Virus record (IMG/VR): IMGVR_UViG_3300024518_004461
Coordinates: 32,001 to 96,000 of that record
Strand: one strand, 5' to 3'
Length of the DNA stretch: 64,000 nucleotides
From: a virus
The notes below the pieces were generated by a model. The model was not told the origin of the DNA. It ran no database searches and saw only the letters and a list, made by a program, of their open reading frames with translations. This document shows positions 1-10,490 of the stretch, one piece after another. Every line of letters begins with the position of its first letter. The first letter of the stretch is position 1. A program made the position numbers and the translations under genes.

Positions 1-3000
1 TCACTCTCATCTGCTGTATAGGCAATTGTGGAAACTGATTTTCCATAAAAATATGGAGGAGTGTAAGGGGCATAAGCCGGGTCGCCCATTCTTGTGGCTG
101 CGTTACCCCAACCTGTTCCACCGAGGCCGCCACCCGGGCCGAAAGCACCGGCTTGTACCGGGGGCCCGAAAAATCTTCCATTCCAACTACGATATTCCGT
201 ATCATCTGTAAGTGGATCGGGATTTGGTTCGTACCCACCAGCGTTTCCTCGTAAACCATTCCAATAATCTTGCATCATTACAATGTTTGGATCTTTTTCC
301 AAATACACATTCATATAATAAGTTGTGCCACTCACCAAGCTCACCTCCCCAGCGGGTTTAGAAACAATTGTTTTTAATTTATTATCCTTCAAGAAGAAAG
401 ATGGTATCTCGGCAAGAAGGTTGTTGATCGCTAAACGATATTGGTTATACTTCGTGCTGGAAATTGCTCGTGCTCGTTGAATGTCCTCTAGGTCAATATA
501 AGGTGCGCGGGCATCACCTAGGGCATGGGCGGCCCATGAGGTGCCACCCAACCAACGATAAGACGGGTAAATAAGATTAAGTTTCCCCTCCCCATCGGAA
601 GAACTTACCGGAATACCAACATCAGCCAAGGGTTCTAGAATAGATTCAAAAGGAATTCTATAGTTAGAAACCAGATTAAGATATGGATTGTTATTTCCAG
701 ATGTTCCCCCGGCATGGGCAGAGCCAGTATATGCCGCCCAATCACAAGCAATTCCCGCTTTAATTGTATTATATAAAATACCAGGCGCATAATAAGGTTG
801 GAGTAAAGATTGAACAGCCAACGCGCCCGAGGGATATGTTGTAGCCTCTGTCGTTGTTCCTGAAGCCCAAGCGATGCCACCAATGTAAGGCGCAATAGAT
901 TGTGAAAACAAACTCGCAACCTGAAGTGTTCTGTGTGATGGATAGAATCCATGATAAGGCAACAACTTCTTTATGCCGTTACATTTTAGTGTAATCTCAT
1001 TTACCTGATTGTCTGCGTCAAACTTTCCAAAATACTTTTGGAAATCAGTATTGGAATATTCGCTAAAGAATTGCTTATCAAATCCTCGCGAAATATTGGA
1101 AGAAGTCGGTGACGGTGCCACCGCACTGCTCGTAATCGTTGCACCATCAAGTGTTAGGAACTGATCATTTTGTTTTCTAAATAATCCGTCCGCATAATAG
1201 TCCATATGTTGAGAAATTCTAAACTCAGGAATAATTGTAAAACTTTTTCCGGTTCCGCGAATGTCCTGAACATAATCTTCATAAGTATCAAACCACGGAT
1301 TTTTACCGGAGAGTTCTGCTACACGCCACTTCATCCCCAAGGAGGATGTGCCAAAAGTACCTGGATAAACCACAGAATGTTGATGATAATAATAACAAGA
1401 AGCCGTTGGATAAAGACTAGAGTTTACAGCTAATTTGATGGGAGTGGCTGTGAGAAGTGAGGATTGGTCGGCTGTTCCTAGGTATCCTGCGATGGTTTGA
1501 AAATTAGCAGAATTTAACTCACCGCAATCACTATAAGTGGTTAACAAATCAAGACCCTCAAAAGATCCAGAGTAAGTAGCAGTGCGCGAGCGCGGTAATG
1601 GAACGCCAATCGTGCCTGTAACAAAAACCATAGGGTGGGTTCCCCAGCCGTTAACACTGGTGGCAAACCCGGAACGATAACCCTGGGAGTTGGGAAGCAC
1701 TCCCGTAATATCTGGGATAAATTTAAAATCTGTGCTTACATCATAATAACTAAGCGATGATCTCCTATTCCTAAACACAGGATCGGTTCTCCAAAATGTT
1801 CGACGATACAGAGGACCGCGATCAATTCCGTTTGATCCGTTAGAGAGTGAAGCGGAAACAAAAATTACCTTTCCACCGGAATAGATATTTGTTCCATCAG
1901 CAACTTCCGCATATTCTGTTCGTTGGCGATATTCTTTAAGACCAGCGTGAATTTCTCGCGGATAAACAATTTCACTATAATCAACGCTCAACATTTCTTG
2001 AACTGGGCTGTCGCTTGGTGCATTGTGATACATTCCTTTGATGCGATCATACATTTGTTCTTCGCATTTGATGCTCGTCCCTAGGAAATTATTAATGTCT
2101 GGATTTGGGAAGCCTCCCATATTGTTTCCATAGACACTATTAAGCGTGAGTGGATCTGGTGAGCCAGATAATATCAAAGTAGTTCCCACTGGTTTATAGC
2201 GGAATGTTACGGGTGGCTCTGTGAAGTGGATTAGCGTATCTCTTGTTAGACCTGCGTTTGCTGGTGTCACTTCATTGGAGCCGTAAATATCTTCTTCTTT
2301 TTTGAAGGAGATAATATTATTATTTTTTTGATACCGCGCAACTGGTGTTTCGCCAGTGCGGATTTGTTTCCAAGATGGGTATTGGTATGGACCGTTGCGA
2401 TGAAGATTTAGTGAGTTGAGTTGATCATATGATGCGATTGTTGCGATGGAAGTATTGAGATAGCTTCCATTTGATGAACTCAAAAGATTAGATGCCGTAA
2501 ACATCGGATCATAAACTAACGTATTCATTCCCACAAAGTCTACATAAATTCCGCCCGCGATGGTTGCACTTGCTGTAACAAACTGGATGGTTTCTGCCGC
2601 CATTGACTCGCTACTTCCAGAAGGAACAGAAAAATTATTTCTTCCGCAATTTGGTGAGCCGACATGGTTTGGTGGTTGTGGAAACGACTTATGATAAGAA
2701 TCACTTATCCATGCATATTGCAAATCACTTTGAGGAATTGAGTGTTGAACAAACCAGTTATCAAATGTATCTGCAACTGAAAATTGTTTAAATCCGTGAA
2801 TTATAGAATAACTCGAATAAATATTAAATTTTGGATAAAGTGTCGAACCTAAATATTCATCATCTACAAAATAAAAAACCGTATTATCCACCATAAAATA
2901 TACAAGACTACCAAAGCGCATAATGGAATAAGTTGCTCCCAATATCTCAGGATAATAACTTCCAATGATAACACCATCTATTATAATCCTGATTCCTATA

Positions 3001-6000
3001 TTAGTGTCGCCCGCGAAAGCCGGGGTGTTACGAATCATTCCGTATTTGATATCCGTATAGCCGGTAGTGGCGATATTGCCCTCGATCAAACCAATTGCAG
3101 ATTGTCCAATGTTAGGGGTCGGCTTGGGTGGTTCATATTGAAATTGAATACCTTCCTTGCCAGCAACGCCGACATCGCCCGCTGAATAAGAATCATCCCA
3201 AGCATCAGATGGGTCGGCACAATCTTTTGAAATTGTTGTGCTTGTGGAGAAACTGAAAACTGGCGGCAAAACCGTCCAGCACGTAGGCTCTGTAAAACAC
3301 CCCCAACATATAAGGTTGTATTTGACAGATCTGTTTCTATTGACTTTGTGATACGAAGCGGACACATTATAATTAAGTGCAGAAACGGAATCCTGAAAAT
3401 CAGTTCCATAGGGACCACAATGTTCGGTGGACCATTCATTTAGTGGTCCGCGAACCACCATGTTCCTTTGATTGAGATCATTACGAACCGCATATTCTTC
3501 CGCGTATAAATCTAGAACACCACGCGAACTAACATCAGGTCCACCAGGGGCATTAAATCTTTCTACAAAGATATTTTTTGTTGCGCCGTATTTGCTGAAG
3601 TCTGGAAGCGCATATTCTACTAAACCAGATACCCAAGAAGATGTAGAATATTCTGGAACAAAGCCGCCATTCTTAACAAAGAACCTATTATTTATTTTAC
3701 GCCCTGAAGTTTGTAGGACTTCATATTGATGGGAATAGTTTCCAATAATGGTTGAGCCGGTTGTTTGTTTTATATTGCGAATATTAATGGGGCGTTTTGC
3801 TAATGGTTCGCGCAAGATTGTTGAACGGGCTTGGTGGGCTGTCCTAGACGAAAGGGTAATATTCGGCATGAAACCCACTGGTGGAATATCACTGGTAAAC
3901 TGAGTGCCGTCTGTATTCGCACAAATTCCATTATTATAAATAGCTTCTGGTCCCGTGGCAACGTCTATGATGGGACCACCATCGGTACAGTCATCTCCAG
4001 GCGCATCACCCATTCGATACCATGATATTACATCATCATAATCATCATGCTTGTCTAGGCACCCTGGTCCTCCACCGTTCCAAATTTCATTAATATCTAC
4101 GAAAGATATGGCATTGTCCCAAAGTGATACTTCATCAACATACGTGTTTTCCACACCACCAGTGTTGGTCCATGATATAGATGACCAATACGCGCCGATT
4201 CCGACCTTACAATCGCCAACATCCGTTCCTAGCTTTGGGCCGGCGAGGAGTGCTGTTTCATGCTCAGCACCATTATCTAAATCTAAAAATATTCCACCAT
4301 CATTCATTCCGAAACAAACTAGATGCCACTTCCCATCGGCAATACTGTTTTCAATAAGTTCAAAAGAAGTTTCTACACTAGTTACAGACCCGTCGCCGTC
4401 ATCTTCGTGATACGAATAATATTCTAACTTTGCTCGGGGTGTTGCCGCCGATAGTGCTTCGACATACATATTCACATTAAAATCGTAACCCTCTGGAAAG
4501 GGAGTTCCTGTGGATCTGGTCCGAGACATGAGAGTTTGAGCAACGTAGTTACTGGGAAGTGGCTCCACCTTAAACCACATCGCTACGCTCCAATCTCCAT
4601 CCAAACCAGACGGCCAGCCCGTTTTGTTTCCTATAAAACACCGGGATGGATCGGATAAGCGAGACACGTCGGGTAGTTCTACTGCTTTGTGTAATCCGCC
4701 GAAAAAAGGAACTTGAGGAAAAAGTTTCATCGAGAATTGATTATCTAAAAGACACCCAGTAGTAGTTTCCAAATTCCATGCTTCCGGTCGGCACTGATCA
4801 GCTAAAGAACCAGTCGCAAGTGATCCGGTTGATGGCGAACAATTTGTGTTTGGAAAAGGAACATGCCTGTGTTTCCAGCCACCAACATATTTTTCAGTAA
4901 ATGGTCCCTGCATTGGGACTTCTTTGTCGCTTCCATATGTATCGTTATGATAATTAACCAAATCAACAAATACCGCATCGGGGCCCATTCGTGGTAATTG
5001 GGAGGCATAGCCACTAGATACAGAAGAACTCATTAAATCAAACGGAGCAAAAATATTTCCATTTCCAGATTTATATCCAATAGGATTATTAGTGAGTTTG
5101 TATCTTAGCTTTACTTTATCATTTGGTTCAACAACATCGTTACAATCAATATTCCCCTCTACCTGAGAGGAACTAATAGTAAGTTTTGTAGACGCTCCAA
5201 ACGGGAGTTCTGTGTGAGCATACTGAAGATTTTTTATTCTTGCTACATTTGTTCCGCCTTTAAGTTCGGGCATCTCTTTTGTCTTTAAAAGATATGTCTT
5301 GGTGAAATTTCTTATAGCATACGCTGATCCCTGATACTGTGTTGGTGTTCCCGAAGATATATCAGTAAGAGTAGGAGGAGAACCGTTTCTAAAATCGTCA
5401 GCCAAGCGATAGATGTTTCTTCCCGCATCAACTTCAGCATCACCCGAAGGAAAAACAGATGCAGAGGCTCGGTTGTTTGCCCAGTAACAATTATCATCTT
5501 GCGCTAAAGGTATTGGAGCGTGACCGCGTTTCCAAGGATAAGTGCCCTCCACAATACCTCTCGCTCCGGCTTCTGGGTCATTGAGCTTCATTTCCAAAGT
5601 AGGAAACTTAGACCAATATTTGTTGCGCTCAAGGACATGGCTCTCGATCATTGTTCTGACTTTTTCTGCGAAGTTTGCGGAAGCAGGAACAAGTTGCATC
5701 AGCATTTGAGACAATGAATCATCGACCCACTTAAAGAAGTCCACAAATCTTTCAAAGTCAATAGTGTTGCCTACGCTTCTAAAATATACCTCTCTAAGTT
5801 TTGCAAGAGGTTTATATTCCTGACGATAACGATTTACTGGATCACCAATCAAGAAATTGAAGTCTTTGATTGTCGCAAACCATTTCATCATCTCCTCGGA
5901 AATGATTGCGGATTGACTTTTTTCTATAGCATAGAAATAATTTTGTGGTCTTGTTTCCCGCGTGAATAATTCGTCATCTTGAGTTCTTACTTCCACCATG

Positions 6001-8981
6001 TTGGAGCTATTAAGAATTTCTGGTGCTAATTGTTTTGCGCTATAAACATATTCTCTGTTTACTGCGTTGGTGTCAAATGGTAAGAAGAAATCTCCCTTAC
6101 CAGAATGTAAGAAATTGACAACTGGTCCGAGCCAGCCATATTCTGAAGTTGTGGCAGTAGAGCCCGAAGATAAGTCAGGGACAAAGAAATTTGCATCGGA
6201 TAACGTGGGACTACCTGTAGAACTGTCGCTAGATCCTGTAACAGTATCAAATGTCCAAGAAAGTGAAAGCGTTTTGGCTTGGGGTGCTTCTATCTGCTGA
6301 AAAAAGTCGGCTGTATTCTTTACCAAATAAGCACTCTTATGAGGCTCCAAAGGACCAAACGCTGATGCATCTTTTGAGTGTGCTTCGATGGCTTCATTAG
6401 GTAAGTCATCAATCCAGTATCGCACCGAAGAAATTTTGGCATCCGATAGATCGATAGACGATCCTGTAAAATTAGTTCTGTGTGACCCGGCATAAACGCG
6501 AGTAGAACTTGATAAAAATGCGGAAGCACTTGCTAAAGAAATAGATGCGGTAAGATAAAAATTATTTTCTACATTGTCGCCTAAAGAATTATATCCTACA
6601 AATTCAACACTCGCACTACCGGCTTCGCTTCCCGAAAGTCCAGGGATATAATAATTATCAGGCTTGATCCTAACTGCTAAATTCCATTTAGTATTTGCAT
6701 AAACATCCGTATACACACTACTCGTAATAAGTGGAATGACGCCACCCGCACTGCTCGTTAGTTTAAAATAAACATCATCACTTTCTATTTCTGTCCTTAC
6801 CGCATAAACTTGAAAGTTGGACCAATCGTTAGTTGCCCATGTGAGATCGGTTTGATCGGCAGACGTAGGTGTATGGGCACCAAACAAAGAACAAGAAATG
6901 AACGGAGTTCGAAAATACAACTCTGAATCTTGTTTAAACTTCTTGGGAAAGATTGCTTCGGCTTGCATCGTTTTCGGAATAAACTGCATATCCGAGGAAG
7001 CCGTAATAAAATTTCGTGTATTTGTATCTGTGCTGGAAGTTTGCTGATAAACAGTTGAATCAAATCGGTCAACATTATTAAAATCTACAAAAGATTTTTG
7101 TGCAGTAGTGTTCCGACTATTTGTTCGAAGTTCCTGTGTTGTTTCATCACCATACAAACTAATCTTCATCAAGGGTTCATCAACACCATAACAGCGCATT
7201 AGATTTCTAAAAGAGTTTTCAGTTCCCTTGGTTTTAAAAACATGAACGAGATTATTGTAAATGTTTTCATAAATGCGGTTCTTGGTGTCATTTAGTTTTT
7301 TAGAAAAATCCAAAAAGTCATCGCGTGAAGCATAATATTCCAGTGCAGAAGCATCGGCAAATATTTCAGGAGTATATAACCCAACGCCCGACAAGAAGCG
7401 ATTTATAAAGGGAGCAATCTTTTGTGAGCCAGTAGTATACTGAACATTTTTTACTTTAGGTAACGACTCAATTTGAAGCTGGACATCATCAAAATAACTA
7501 CCAATAATTTGAGTAAGATTTTTTAAAGTTCCTCCTCTAATTTCCTGTGAATCCCCTGTGATGTATTCTGGTATGGAAGTATAGATTCCTGAATTGTTCC
7601 TTACATCATAATCATAACCAATATTTTTCTTCGTAGTTCTAAAAACCGACACAAGTGGATTTGATGGATAAATAATAGGATCTTTGAATTCTGAAAGTGC
7701 AGCCTTGGATATGACCATCGCTGATCCTGTATTTCTGGAACCAAGATCATAACCCGTCCAAGAGCCATTAGTAATACGACCAGAATAATCGAGGACATTT
7801 GTATCTAGAGTAGCAATAGCGGTGGTATCCACAATGCCCTCATTAAATTTATAGTAGACACCCAAGTCAACATTTGATAAGTCTGTATTAGATCCAGCGT
7901 TTACTTGAGTAAACCAATACCTACCAACTTCGGTTTCTGTTCGGGAAGATTTCCAAAATCTAAACTCATCCATTGAGCCAGATAATTTAGCATATCCTAA
8001 AGCTCCTGTCACTGGGCTATTGATGCTTGTGCCCATGGCACCGATCCAACCCAGCATAGAGCCAGTAATCTTATTTATAATACTTCCAGTGGTTATAGTA
8101 TCGTTCAGATCTCCATTGACATAAAGTTTGGCTTCTAGATCAGAGCCTACATTTGCAAACGTAAGTGCATAATGATTCCAAGTGGAACCAGTAAGATTAA
8201 TACTTTGACCGATCTTTCCAAGATCAGAGTCTAGGAAACCGTTGGTAGTACCTGATTGAAACGCTACAGAAAATTGATGCGGAGTAATTCCAAAATCACA
8301 CTCCACACGAAAACGACCATAAGTATTGCCGATAGAAGCACTGTTCCAAACATCAACAAAAATTTGTTTTTCGGATTCAACTGGATCGCCGGCCCAGCCG
8401 TTTTTCTTAAACCAAAACTCAACGGAGTTTCCTACAGGGGCGTTTAATTCTAAATTGGATTCGCGGACATCATCTTTATAATAGTTGGAGCCAGTAAATG
8501 TCTGGGACAGAGGTTTCCCGATCATTCCGGCTGAAGCTGTATGTGGGCCGCCCTTAAAATATATGTACTCATCGACGGTAGGGGCTTCATATCCACTTAC
8601 GCCACCACCTCCTACACCACCATAGTTTATGCCAAGATTTATAAATCCATGAGTCCTAGGATACTCATTTTCAAATAGATAATTATCAAAGTACGATGAA
8701 CTCAAATACCAATTAGCTTTTTCTTTTCCAGATCCATCATACGGATATCTATTGATGATGTAATCTATTGTGTCGGTATAATATTTTTCTGCTGAACCAT
8801 AACGAGCAAATGATTTAGGAATGGAATAATCTACATAAGGTTCAAAACGAAGTTTTTCTTCATCAGTGCTTTGGATATATCCAGCAGATTCTACACCAGA
8901 TCCCGTGACTAGATTACCTAGGCTTTTACCGGGCAGAACTTTAATGTTATTTTTTCCAAATAGATCTTTGATATTGGACAT
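1..8981 (-). CDS. Giant virion structural protein (baseplate/tail, LamG/ConA-like domains), 3'-truncated by window edge, >2990 aa
   Basis: ATG at 8981 just after the previous gene's stop (MSNIKDLFGK...FARYGSAEKYY...YPYDGS). The frame is open wherever spot-checked (e.g. ~4020 ...DVISWYRMGD; window edge ...STIAYTADES) and the track lists no long minus-strand fragments here, consistent with no in-window stop. LamG-type motifs VEFWFK/WNHYALTF/MDEFRFW (~7900-8450) and SVAMWFK/WHLVCF/VDEVSLW (~4050-4650). Confidence 0.85.
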   Translation of the reverse strand, partial: MSNIKDLFGKNNIKVLPGKSLGNLVTGSGVESAGYIQSTDEEKLRFEPYVDYSIPKSFARYGSAEKYYTDTIDYIINRYPYDGSGKEKANWYLSSSYFDNYLFENEYPRTHGFINLGINYGGVGGGGVSGYEAPTVDEYIYFKGGPHTASAGMIGKPLSQTFTGSNYYKDDVRESNLELNAPVGNSVEFWFKKNGWAGDPVESEKQIFVDVWNSASIGNTYGRFRVECDFGITPHQFSVAFQSGTTNGFLDSDLGKIGQSINLTGSTWNHYALTFANVGSDLEAKLYVNGDLNDTITTGSIINKITGSMLGWIGAMGTSINSPVTGALGYAKLSGSMDEFRFWKSSRTETEVGRYWFTQVNAGSNTDLSNVDLGVYYKFNEGIVDTTAIATLDTNVLDYSGRITNGSWTGYDLGSRNTGSAMVISKAALSEFKDPIIYPSNPLVSVFRTTKKNIGYDYDVRNNSGIYTSIPEYITGDSQEIRGGTLKNLTQIIGSYFDDVQLQIESLPKVKNVQYTTGSQKIAPFINRFLSGVGLYTPEIFADASALEYYASRDDFLDFSKKLNDTKNRIYENIYNNLVHVFKTKGTENSFRNLMRCYGVDEPLMKISLYGDETTQELRTNSRNTTAQKSFVDFNNVDRFDSTVYQQTSSTDTNTRNFITASSDMQFIPKTMQAEAIFPKKFKQDSELYFRTPFISCSLFGAHTPTSADQTDLTWATNDWSNFQVYAVRTEIESDDVYFKLTSSAGGVIPLITSSVYTDVYANTKWNLAVRIKPDNYYIPGLSGSEAGSASVEFVGYNSLGDNVENNFYLTASISLASASAFLSSSTRVYAGSHRTNFTGSSIDLSDAKISSVRYWIDDLPNEAIEAHSKDASAFGPLEPHKSAYLVKNTADFFQQIEAPQAKTLSLSWTFDTVTGSSDSSTGSPTLSDANFFVPDLSSGSTATTSEYGWLGPVVNFLHSGKGDFFLPFDTNAVNREYVYSAKQLAPEILNSSNMVEVRTQDDELFTRETRPQNYFYAIEKSQSAIISEEMMKWFATIKDFNFLIGDPVNRYRQEYKPLAKLREVYFRSVGNTIDFERFVDFFKWVDDSLSQMLMQLVPASANFAEKVRTMIESHVLERNKYWSKFPTLEMKLNDPEAGARGIVEGTYPWKRGHAPIPLAQDDNCYWANNRASASVFPSGDAEVDAGRNIYRLADDFRNGSPPTLTDISSGTPTQYQGSAYAIRNFTKTYLLKTKEMPELKGGTNVARIKNLQYAHTELPFGASTKLTISSSQVEGNIDCNDVVEPNDKVKLRYKLTNNPIGYKSGNGNIFAPFDLMSSSVSSGYASQLPRMGPDAVFVDLVNYHNDTYGSDKEVPMQGPFTEKYVGGWKHRHVPFPNTNCSPSTGSLATGSLADQCRPEAWNLETTTGCLLDNQFSMKLFPQVPFFGGLHKAVELPDVSRLSDPSRCFIGNKTGWPSGLDGDWSVAMWFKVEPLPSNYVAQTLMSRTRSTGTPFPEGYDFNVNMYVEALSAATPRAKLEYYSYHEDDGDGSVTSVETSFELIENSIADGKWHLVCFGMNDGGIFLDLDNGAEHETALLAGPKLGTDVGDCKVGIGAYWSSISWTNTGGVENTYVDEVSLWDNAISFVDINEIWNGGGPGCLDKHDDYDDVISWYRMGDAPGDDCTDGGPIIDVATGPEAIYNNGICANTDGTQFTSDIPPVGFMPNITLSSRTAHQARSTILREPLAKRPINIRNIKQTTGSTIIGNYSHQYEVLQTSGRKINNRFFVKNGGFVPEYSTSSWVSGLVEYALPDFSKYGATKNIFVERFNAPGGPDVSSRGVLDLYAEEYAVRNDLNQRNMVVRGPLNEWSTEHCGPYGTDFQDSVSALNYNVSASYHKVNRNRSVKYNLICWGCFTEPTCWTVLPPVFSFSTSTTISKDCADPSDAWDDSYSAGDVGVAGKEGIQFQYEPPKPTPNIGQSAIGLIEGNIATTGYTDIKYGMIRNTPAFAGDTNIGIRIIIDGVIIGSYYPEILGATYSIMRFGSLVYFMVDNTVFYFVDDEYLGSTLYPKFNIYSSYSIIHGFKQFSVADTFDNWFVQHSIPQSDLQYAWISDSYHKSFPQPPNHVGSPNCGRNNFSVPSGSSESMAAETIQFVTASATIAGGIYVDFVGMNTLVYDPMFTASNLLSSSNGSYLNTSIATIASYDQLNSLNLHRNGPYQYPSWKQIRTGETPVARYQKNNNIISFKKEEDIYGSNEVTPANAGLTRDTLIHFTEPPVTFRYKPVGTTLILSGSPDPLTLNSVYGNNMGGFPNPDINNFLGTSIKCEEQMYDRIKGMYHNAPSDSPVQEMLSVDYSEIVYPREIHAGLKEYRQRTEYAEVADGTNIYSGGKVIFVSASLSNGSNGIDRGPLYRRTFWRTDPVFRNRRSSLSYYDVSTDFKFIPDITGVLPNSQGYRSGFATSVNGWGTHPMVFVTGTIGVPLPRSRTATYSGSFEGLDLLTTYSDCGELNSANFQTIAGYLGTADQSSLLTATPIKLAVNSSLYPTASCYYYHQHSVVYPGTFGTSSLGMKWRVAELSGKNPWFDTYEDYVQDIRGTGKSFTIIPEFRISQHMDYYADGLFRKQNDQFLTLDGATITSSAVAPSPTSSNISRGFDKQFFSEYSNTDFQKYFGKFDADNQVNEITLKCNGIKKLLPYHGFYPSHRTLQVASLFSQSIAPYIGGIAWASGTTTEATTYPSGALAVQSLLQPYYAPGILYNTIKAGIACDWAAYTGSAHAGGTSGNNNPYLNLVSNYRIPFESILEPLADVGIPVSSSDGEGKLNLIYPSYRWLGGTSWAAHALGDARAPYIDLEDIQRARAISSTKYNQYRLAINNLLAEIPSFFLKDNKLKTIVSKPAGEVSLVSGTTYYMNVYLEKDPNIVMMQDYWNGLRGNAGGYEPNPDPLTDDTEYRSWNGRFFGPPVQAGAFGPGGGLGGTGWGNAATRMGDPAYAPYTPPYFYGKSVSTIAYTADES

Positions 8982-8984
8982 AAT

Positions 8985-10481
8985 TTATTCCACTCTAAAT
9001 GTAAAAGTCTCTGATTGTTCTTCGTATACTTGATTGAGGAAATATGCAAACTTAATTCCATATTCATACCCCGACTCTAGTAGTGAAACGTCTAAGTCAA
9101 AATAACTACCAGATTGATCATAAGATAGGCGAGTAGAATCATATGAGCCAGTTCCAAAATCAATAACAACTTTTGAATCCACAACTCTAAAAATTTTGTA
9201 ATATGCATCGTCTACAACTTTTAATTGTATCGGTGCTGCTGCACGAGTATAAATGGTATCATCCCAATTCTTTTCGCGTGTAAAGACCCTGAACCTATTG
9301 TTATCATCGCGACAATATTCAGATTTTATATTTACTATCGAAGTAACATATTTGGGTATGTAAAATATTTGCGATGGTTTAAGTGTTTTTGGATTGTAAC
9401 TACCAGTATAATAGCAAATTGTTTCACCAGCATTAGACCACCGATCAAATACAACCTCCTCCGTAGTCCTAAGAGCAAAGGATGCAGTATAAATGCCAGT
9501 CTCTACCCACCCGCCTGTGATTGGGTTATCCGGGGCGGCGGAGATTTGTGCTCCTGTGGATGCAGATATATAATTTCTTACATAAATTGGTCCTGTTCCA
9601 ATTCCATTAAGATTGGTGGGTTGACCATTATAATAATTATACAAGTATAGGGTCATTAAATTGTCTGCTCCGCTCAATACAGAACTAGAGACAAAGAACT
9701 TTCCACGGTCATCTTTGCGCGTGTTGTCCCATCGTGCTTCTATTATTGGGCGGCTGAAGAAATATTCACTTCCCCGTGCTGAAAAGAATTTTGAATAATA
9801 AGATCTAGAACCATCACCACTTTGACAAAGCTCTTGACTACAAGTAAGAAAAACTCCTAAACCATAATTTTCATATCCATTTCCCACTGTACCAGTGATC
9901 CATTTTTCTACAAGTTTGGTAATATCAACTTCTAGATCTTCTGTTCCTATTCTAAAAGTTTGTTTATAGTTTACAGCAGAATATTGTGATGCCGTCAAGT
10001 ATGAACCACCCTCTATGGAAGTTCCAAGAATGTCTTTCCAAGTAGTGTGAGCCTGCGCATTTATCCAGTTAGATCCAGTGCCGCCATAAGTTTCATCTGA
10101 ATAGTTGGACAAGTCAACCCCGTATCCTTCTTCCCATGACTGAGAGACAGGAGAGACTACCAAAGTAAAATCACGAGGAACTGTGGTGGTACTAACAACG
10201 TTCGCAAGTTTTAAATAAAATCCCACGCTACCTGACGCGGGTATTTTGCCAGCAGTACGATCTGATAGAATTGTTGTACCCGGATCACTAGAAGATACGG
10301 GAAATTGTATCAAGACCCTAGCAGCCTCTAATGAAAAACTATTCGCTTGGGCATAGATGGAGAAAATCTCCATTGAATCTGCAAGGCCCATATTGGAACC
10401 TGTGGCACGAGTTTCAAGATTTGCTTTATAAGCATTAGTGATTGTATTGTCTTTATATGCGGTGTATCGTTTAATGCCCAT
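8985..10481 (-). CDS. Putative virion structural (baseplate-associated) protein
   Basis: 498 aa, S/T/G-rich and beta-rich, between baseplate genes. Confidence 0.6.
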   Translation of the reverse strand: MGIKRYTAYKDNTITNAYKANLETRATGSNMGLADSMEIFSIYAQANSFSLEAARVLIQFPVSSSDPGTTILSDRTAGKIPASGSVGFYLKLANVVSTTTVPRDFTLVVSPVSQSWEEGYGVDLSNYSDETYGGTGSNWINAQAHTTWKDILGTSIEGGSYLTASQYSAVNYKQTFRIGTEDLEVDITKLVEKWITGTVGNGYENYGLGVFLTCSQELCQSGDGSRSYYSKFFSARGSEYFFSRPIIEARWDNTRKDDRGKFFVSSSVLSGADNLMTLYLYNYYNGQPTNLNGIGTGPIYVRNYISASTGAQISAAPDNPITGGWVETGIYTASFALRTTEEVVFDRWSNAGETICYYTGSYNPKTLKPSQIFYIPKYVTSIVNIKSEYCRDDNNRFRVFTREKNWDDTIYTRAAAPIQLKVVDDAYYKIFRVVDSKVVIDFGTGSYDSTRLSYDQSGSYFDLDVSLLESGYEYGIKFAYFLNQVYEEQSETFTFRVE

Positions 10482-10490
10482 TATGAATAC

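Noticed and set aside
26-8447. Short ORFs listed by the track in the first 9 kb
   Set aside because: They are antisense or out-of-frame shadows of the single giant minus-strand ORF
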